Positions 58,852-64,000 of a DNA stretch of 64,000 nucleotides are shown here, one piece after another. The stretch's first letter is position 1. The number at the start of each line of letters is the position of its first letter. A program made the position numbers and the translations under genes. The notes below the pieces were generated by a model that saw only the letters and a list, made by a program, of their open reading frames with translations, had not been told where the DNA came from and searched no databases. Origin of the DNA: a virus (taxonomy: Duplodnaviria > Caudoviricetes); the IMG/VR virus record IMGVR_UViG_3300028591_000073, positions 128,001-192,000 of that record; one strand, 5' to 3'.

Positions 58852-59121
58852 TTATAATCGCACATACATATTGAATGGATCGTTGTCATCACACACCAAT
58901 GTCGCTTGTAACTGTTCTTGAATCACGATTGGTTCAGTTGTTCTTAATCTTACTTCAAATCCTGACGATAGTTGAAATTGGTTCGATGTAAAATCGATAG
59001 AAGAAAATACTGGAGAAGTGACTGTAATGGTATCACCGTCCGAAAATGTACCAGTAGATGTGATTTGACAAGTGGATGTATGTGGGATGTTATAAGTAAT
59101 TGGATAATACTGTAACAGCAT
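58852..59121 (-). CDS. Hypothetical protein
   Basis: 89 aa, TAATG-coupled. Confidence 0.5.
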   Translation of the reverse strand: MLLQYYPITYNIPHTSTCQITSTGTFSDGDTITVTSPVFSSIDFTSNQFQLSSGFEVRLRTTEPIVIQEQLQATLVCDDNDPFNMYVRL

Positions 59122-60098
59122 TAATATGCTTCTTTCTTCTGGGGAAGAGGAGCAACGCCGCCATTAATGGTTTCGCCAATTGCATAACCGGAGTCGTTTA
59201 GAGACTTCGCAAGTACATCTGTGGTAGCTGCGAATCTACGAGCAGATCTCTTCATCTGTTCCATAGCAGCCTGAGACAGAGCACCATTACCAACATACTG
59301 TGCAGCATATGCACCAGCACTCTTCTTAGTAGAATCAGATTCCAGTGCATTTGTTACAGATTCACAGAAGGTCTTCAGTGTGTATGCAGTTCTGATATAG
59401 TCAGCAATATCGGCAACACATGGGTTTGCGGATTCCATTACAGTCTGATCAGCAAGTGCAGCAGTTGCATATTCCATGCTGATGACAAACTTGTTCAGAT
59501 CGCCTTCAGAATAATCGGATTCGGATGTGACTGCATATTCAGCAACAAAGGAACCGGACATATTTGTCTTAAGACCGAATGCAGGAAGCATGTCCTGAAT
59601 GGATCTCATATAAAGACCAGCATTTGTACGAAGAGATGTACCATCCTTGAAACCACGGCTGATTGCAGTTCTGTCATTCTTTGCTCTCTGTGCAATTTTC
59701 TTAGCAGTTACTTCTGCAAATTCATCAAAATCATTTTCTTTCAAACCATCCGGAACACCGGTAATCTTGGCAGCACCACAAATGGCTTTCCAGCTCTTGT
59801 CAGCAGCAGTTGCAACTTTGGATGTAGCCATTTCCATCAGATTGAGGAATCCATTAGAAGAACGGGAGAATGCTTCCTGAGCAACACCCAGAGCTTCTCT
59901 ACGATCAGTTGGCAGACCTGCTTCTGTTGCGGCTTCCTGAATATAAGAAATATCGTTCTTGTCCAGATCCATGATATTTACTGATGCATTATAGATTGCG
60001 CCAGCTACATTAATCTGACCCATTGCTTCTTGAATATATGCATCCTGAGGACAGGAGTCGCCAGTTGCATAATCAAGCATCAAATCTGTAAACTTCAT
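59121..60098 (-). CDS. Probable abundant head protein
   Basis: Ala-rich with strongly biased codons; YIQEA twice, VMESA. Confidence 0.6.
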   Translation of the reverse strand: MKFTDLMLDYATGDSCPQDAYIQEAMGQINVAGAIYNASVNIMDLDKNDISYIQEAATEAGLPTDRREALGVAQEAFSRSSNGFLNLMEMATSKVATAADKSWKAICGAAKITGVPDGLKENDFDEFAEVTAKKIAQRAKNDRTAISRGFKDGTSLRTNAGLYMRSIQDMLPAFGLKTNMSGSFVAEYAVTSESDYSEGDLNKFVISMEYATAALADQTVMESANPCVADIADYIRTAYTLKTFCESVTNALESDSTKKSAGAYAAQYVGNGALSQAAMEQMKRSARRFAATTDVLAKSLNDSGYAIGETINGGVAPLPQKKEAY

Positions 60099-60219
60099 AA
60101 TTAGTAAAGTCCTTTCGTAATTGGATTTTCACAACAGAGCATTTTGAGGAAGAGCCCCCTGATCCCCAATAGTCTGTGTAAATTAACATTGAGTTGATAT
60201 AATATATACTATAGGTATC

Positions 60220-63006
60220 TTATTCTCCCTTGGAATAAGATTGAGAAATGAATTGTCTCCAGCACTGCTCCAATTGATCACGGATGGTATGGTAATCATA
60301 TTGCATGCACTTATCATAATAGATGCGAAGGAACTGTGCACCACGTTCTGTCACTTCATTTGTTGTCAATACAGAATCAGATCCGATATGTTTCATTTCA
60401 TCTTTTCCAGCAGGTGTTAATAAAGAATGTTTATCAAGGAATTTGTAAACTTCTTTGAATCTCTTAATGACATTCTTCTCATCCATTCCTTGATCAGTGT
60501 GCCAAGAAACTTTATCAAACTTTTGGAATGATTTATCGGAATAATATTGACGACGTGCAAAAGTAATGGAATTGATCGTATCATCAGAATTCAATACTAC
60601 TTCAATTGACATGATCTTAGAAACAAGCTTGTCATCACCTTCTGGTTTGATGTCAAGTGCTTTCTTTCTCAGATTATCAATCTTCCCAGGGAACACAATG
60701 GATCGATCAAGTTCAATTTGGATGTCCTTGATGATGGTAACACGAGCCACTTTATCGCTTTCATAATATACGATAAACTTTCCATAATCATCCATTTCTA
60801 CTGTGGATTTTTTTGGCTGACCAAAATCCTTTTCCAGTTTCTTTTGTGTCTTTGTACGTGTTGCACCAAATTCGATATCCTCAACTTCCTTACCAGGTTT
60901 TACTTCCCATTCAATCAGTTCGTCTTGGTCTTTCCGTTTGCTATTACTGACTACACCAGCGCCATCATATGATTCATCCATTTCAGCATACCATGAAGAT
61001 TTCAATTCACCAGTCTCTGGATCGATGTAGAATTCTTCTTCCAATTCATCATCTTCATCGTCATCATTTTCGGAATCTTCTTCATCATCATCTTCATCAT
61101 CATTGTCTTCATCGTCAATGTCTTCTTCGTCATCGTCTGTGTCTTTGTCTTTATCGTCATCTTCAGAATTATCTTCGTCTTTGGATTTGTTATCTGTATC
61201 CTTTTCGGGATCATTTGCTTCATCATCTTCATCAAGATTGGCATCGGAATCATCTTCATCGGATTCTTGGTAATAGGAGGATTGCATTTCACCATTTTCA
61301 TCCAGATAGAATTCTTCTTCATACTCTGGTTCATCTTCATCAGAAATGACTTCAATGTCTCTTCTATATGGTTCAGCACCAACGATTGGACCATGGTCAT
61401 ATCGATTGATCAAATCATTTGCTCTGGACTTATAAGAATTGATGATATCGACCTTGAGAGAACGTTTTCTCATACCTTGATCAACGAGTTGATGATAACG
61501 TGGATCTCCCTCTTCCTTAGCCAGCATTAAAGCAACGCATGATGTTACAATGTTCATGATGGTATCATCTGTTAATCTCATGCCATTGATTTCCACACCG
61601 TTCTTCTCCGCAAGATCTTGGAGTTCCTTTTGTTTACGATAATGAACAAGCATTTCACCAACTTTTGCAAACATGGCATCTTCTCCAGATTCCATTGTGA
61701 CATTACCATCGGCTTCATCGATATCATATTCAAACAACCAAAGCTTCTTTGCAATATCACGGACATGACGAATCACCATTGGTTGAGAACGTTCACATTC
61801 TGTGATCATATCTTGTTGCAAATTATTAATCATCTTGATTGTCTTCTTCATTAAAGATTTACTTGGTTTTTCATTTTTGGGGTCTGATAAGATTTCAATA
61901 TTCTTTTCGATATTCTCAATATCCTGATCGATAACTCTCTTAAGACCTTGATAAGAACGCTTGGGATCATGCGCATCATCATGTTTACTGGAATAATAGG
62001 ATTCACGACGTTCTTTCAATTCATTGAAGATATTTGTCATTTCTTCCAAGATGGCTTCTTTCGATGCTCTCTTCATTAGTGTCTTATACAGATGCTCAAG
62101 ATCTTTGGAAGAATTAGCAATGAATGTGTAGTAGTTGTTCTCACCAAGGCGGGATTCCATTGCTTCATCAATGTCTTGTTTTGCGGTCTTCTTAATGAGT
62201 GCAGCCGCTTCCTGATAACGATAGGATTCTGATATCTTATCACCGATTTTATTTCCAGCATCTCGAACAGCTTCACCGGCTTTACGTTTTACGGTACGTG
62301 CAGCTTTATCAACCTTATTCTTGGATTCAAAAGCATCGAAGATGGCATTACGGGCATCCATTCTGGATTGTGCTGCATCTCGCGCCCATTTATCTTCCAT
62401 ATCATAGTCATGTTTGTAAGCACGGGGGATTGTATTTAGAGTTTCTTTTACAGCACCACCAAAACTGCCAGCGTTCTTGATTTTATCAAGGTCATCTGCG
62501 GCATCATCAAATCTATCTTTGATACCACTACCTAGTTCATGGAAACCTCTCTTAAGACCTTTGACGACTTGATGACCTGTTTCTTTGATACCTTCTTTAA
62601 AACCTTCTTCTTCGACATCGATTTCTTCATCATTATCATCTGATGTGTCATTTTTATCGGTGTCATCATCTTTGGTATCTTTCTTCTTAGATGATTTCTT
62701 TTTGGATTTCTTCTTATCATCCTTTTTATCGTCCTTATCATCAGAATCCTCATCGTTTTCATCAGAAGAACCATAATCGAAATCATCATCAACATCTACG
62801 TCGGCAGGTTCAATAGTTGCACCTTGGTCATTATCAAGATCATACTTATCATCATACTTTTCGGACGTATTGGATTCTTCATCATCTACATCAGCTTTTG
62901 CTTTCTTAGCTTCTTGGTAGATATGAGAATCGCCTTTGTATCGAACTTTTTGTTCTTGTACTGGCTCTTCGTCGAGCAGTTTGAGTGTATCTCCAAAATC
63001 AATCAT
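60220..63006 (-). CDS. Large acidic modular protein, probable inner-head/polyprotein
   Basis: D/E-rich tracts; IYQEA, RYQEA, YYQES; internal repeat EEEFY[LI]D..GE..SS[YW]Y. Confidence 0.65.
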   Translation of the reverse strand: MIDFGDTLKLLDEEPVQEQKVRYKGDSHIYQEAKKAKADVDDEESNTSEKYDDKYDLDNDQGATIEPADVDVDDDFDYGSSDENDEDSDDKDDKKDDKKKSKKKSSKKKDTKDDDTDKNDTSDDNDEEIDVEEEGFKEGIKETGHQVVKGLKRGFHELGSGIKDRFDDAADDLDKIKNAGSFGGAVKETLNTIPRAYKHDYDMEDKWARDAAQSRMDARNAIFDAFESKNKVDKAARTVKRKAGEAVRDAGNKIGDKISESYRYQEAAALIKKTAKQDIDEAMESRLGENNYYTFIANSSKDLEHLYKTLMKRASKEAILEEMTNIFNELKERRESYYSSKHDDAHDPKRSYQGLKRVIDQDIENIEKNIEILSDPKNEKPSKSLMKKTIKMINNLQQDMITECERSQPMVIRHVRDIAKKLWLFEYDIDEADGNVTMESGEDAMFAKVGEMLVHYRKQKELQDLAEKNGVEINGMRLTDDTIMNIVTSCVALMLAKEEGDPRYHQLVDQGMRKRSLKVDIINSYKSRANDLINRYDHGPIVGAEPYRRDIEVISDEDEPEYEEEFYLDENGEMQSSYYQESDEDDSDANLDEDDEANDPEKDTDNKSKDEDNSEDDDKDKDTDDDEEDIDDEDNDDEDDDEEDSENDDDEDDELEEEFYIDPETGELKSSWYAEMDESYDGAGVVSNSKRKDQDELIEWEVKPGKEVEDIEFGATRTKTQKKLEKDFGQPKKSTVEMDDYGKFIVYYESDKVARVTIIKDIQIELDRSIVFPGKIDNLRKKALDIKPEGDDKLVSKIMSIEVVLNSDDTINSITFARRQYYSDKSFQKFDKVSWHTDQGMDEKNVIKRFKEVYKFLDKHSLLTPAGKDEMKHIGSDSVLTTNEVTERGAQFLRIYYDKCMQYDYHTIRDQLEQCWRQFISQSYSKGE

Positions 63007-63045
63007 ATCGATTGCTCCTTTCGTATAAAAAATTTACAAATGCGT

Positions 63046-63069
63046 TAACCCCGGCATATGCCGGGGTTA
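63046..63069. terminator. CATATG-centred palindrome
   Basis: TAACCCCGGCATATGCCGGGGTTA. Confidence 0.7.
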
Positions 63070-63075
63070 TTTACA

Positions 63076-63399
63076 TCAACGGAAACAATTGTACTGTTCA
63101 CCAAGCTGTGTTTGGTAACTGGATAACGGAATGCATTCAACATTGGGAATGACAACAGATGGATCATTAAATAATGATTCATACTGTTGATTCACAATCT
63201 TGGTTCCGATATCAAATAGAATGTTCAACTTATGTTCCACATCCGAAGTAGTAATTCTTATCATCTTTCGATATGTTGTCACATAATCAAGAAGCTGTTT
63301 TCCCAAATGTTGTAATTCTACTTCGTCCAATCCTTTGATTTCTTGTTCACGATTATCTCCTTGAATAATCATTGATAACACCTCACTTTCCATGAACAA
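63076..63399 (-). CDS. Hypothetical protein
   Basis: ORF of about 100 aa; start uncertain. Confidence 0.55.
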   Translation of the reverse strand: MFMESEVLSMIIQGDNREQEIKGLDEVELQHLGKQLLDYVTTYRKMIRITTSDVEHKLNILFDIGTKIVNQQYESLFNDPSVVIPNVECIPLSSYQTQLGEQYNCFR

Positions 63400-63456
63400 T
63401 TCGACAATACATCTTCGATGTACACTTTAATATTATATATAAAGGAGAAATGAATT

Positions 63457-63915
63457 ATGTTTGATATGACAAATGAGGAAGCCATCATTCAAATGATCAA
63501 GGATAAAGATGAAGATTGTTATGTAATTCCATTATATGTTCACATCAATAACAACCATTACAATCTTTGGGAAATGGATCAGATTAATGACTTTTCTCCA
63601 TATACCATCAAAGTTGGGTTTGGGTCTTCTCGAGGATTAATGATCAAATCACAATTACCAGCTGAGTGTGTATATGAATTCAATATGGAATTGACATTAC
63701 ATCAGTATGATTATGACAAAGATGTTGATCGATTTTATTATGTATTTGAGACTGGGTTTATGGAGGAAGAAGAATTGAAAGATGATTTTCATAAACAGAT
63801 TCAAGCATACATGGATGCGATTGCGGAACATGTGAAGAAACATGTGGAAGAACGAAGAATGGAGGTGAGAAAACAAATGATGGAAGATGAAGACAATTAC
63901 ATTAGTACTGGATAA
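63457..63915 (+). CDS. Hypothetical protein
   Basis: 152 aa, AAGGAG RBS. Confidence 0.7.
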   Translation: MFDMTNEEAIIQMIKDKDEDCYVIPLYVHINNNHYNLWEMDQINDFSPYTIKVGFGSSRGLMIKSQLPAECVYEFNMELTLHQYDYDKDVDRFYYVFETGFMEEEELKDDFHKQIQAYMDAIAEHVKKHVEERRMEVRKQMMEDEDNYISTG

Positions 63916-63918
63916 GTG

Positions 63919-64000
63919 AAACTATTATTTCATTTTTGAACATGTATATTATTAAATTGACCGGAGGTCAATCAATGTATAATAATATTATATAATGAAA
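63919..64000 (+). repeat. Inverted identical copy of 43205-43286 (may extend beyond the window)
   Basis: Direct comparison over 82 bp. Confidence 0.9.

Noticed and set aside
8502-63006. Numerous 60-190 aa ORFs antisense or out of frame within long genes
   Set aside because: Shadow ORFs of the real coding strand; no RBS or recognisable motifs.

Overview
A 64 kb, AT-rich segment of a jumbo phage genome. It is AR9/PBS1-like and phiKZ-related; the host is probably a Firmicute, judged from strong AGGAGG/GGTGAT ribosome-binding sites. Core genes: a multisubunit RNA polymerase beta subunit, a beta' N-terminal subunit with NADFDGD, an AR9 gp226-like sigma-like subunit, a split family B DNA polymerase, an SSB-like protein, RecA/UvsX, SbcD and an NAD-dependent ligase. 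There are several virion genes, including a >2300-codon ORF that runs off the left edge and is missing from the ORF track. The standout locus is 43.4-49.3 kb (minus strand): a phage Ro60/TROVE gene inside an RNA operon of six tRNAs and nine Y-RNA-like ncRNAs. The nine share a covarying scaffold (UGA[UA]GC[AG]G - stem - GUUACUUC ... CUCA) but each carries a different internal domain, three of them circularly permuted tRNA mimics. Two further structured RNAs and a MYG1-family nuclease gene lie next to it. Other notable items: a 1644-aa probable polyprotein whose domains are delimited by repeated [YV]QE[AS] motifs; a TnpB element that appears to have inserted into codon 3 of the giant gene and rebuilt its start; an array of Sm/SH3-like paralogues; an ABC exporter; a conserved promoter-plus-5'-hairpin motif; and a family of CATATG-centred palindromes. 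All calls come from motif reading by eye; no database searches were run.
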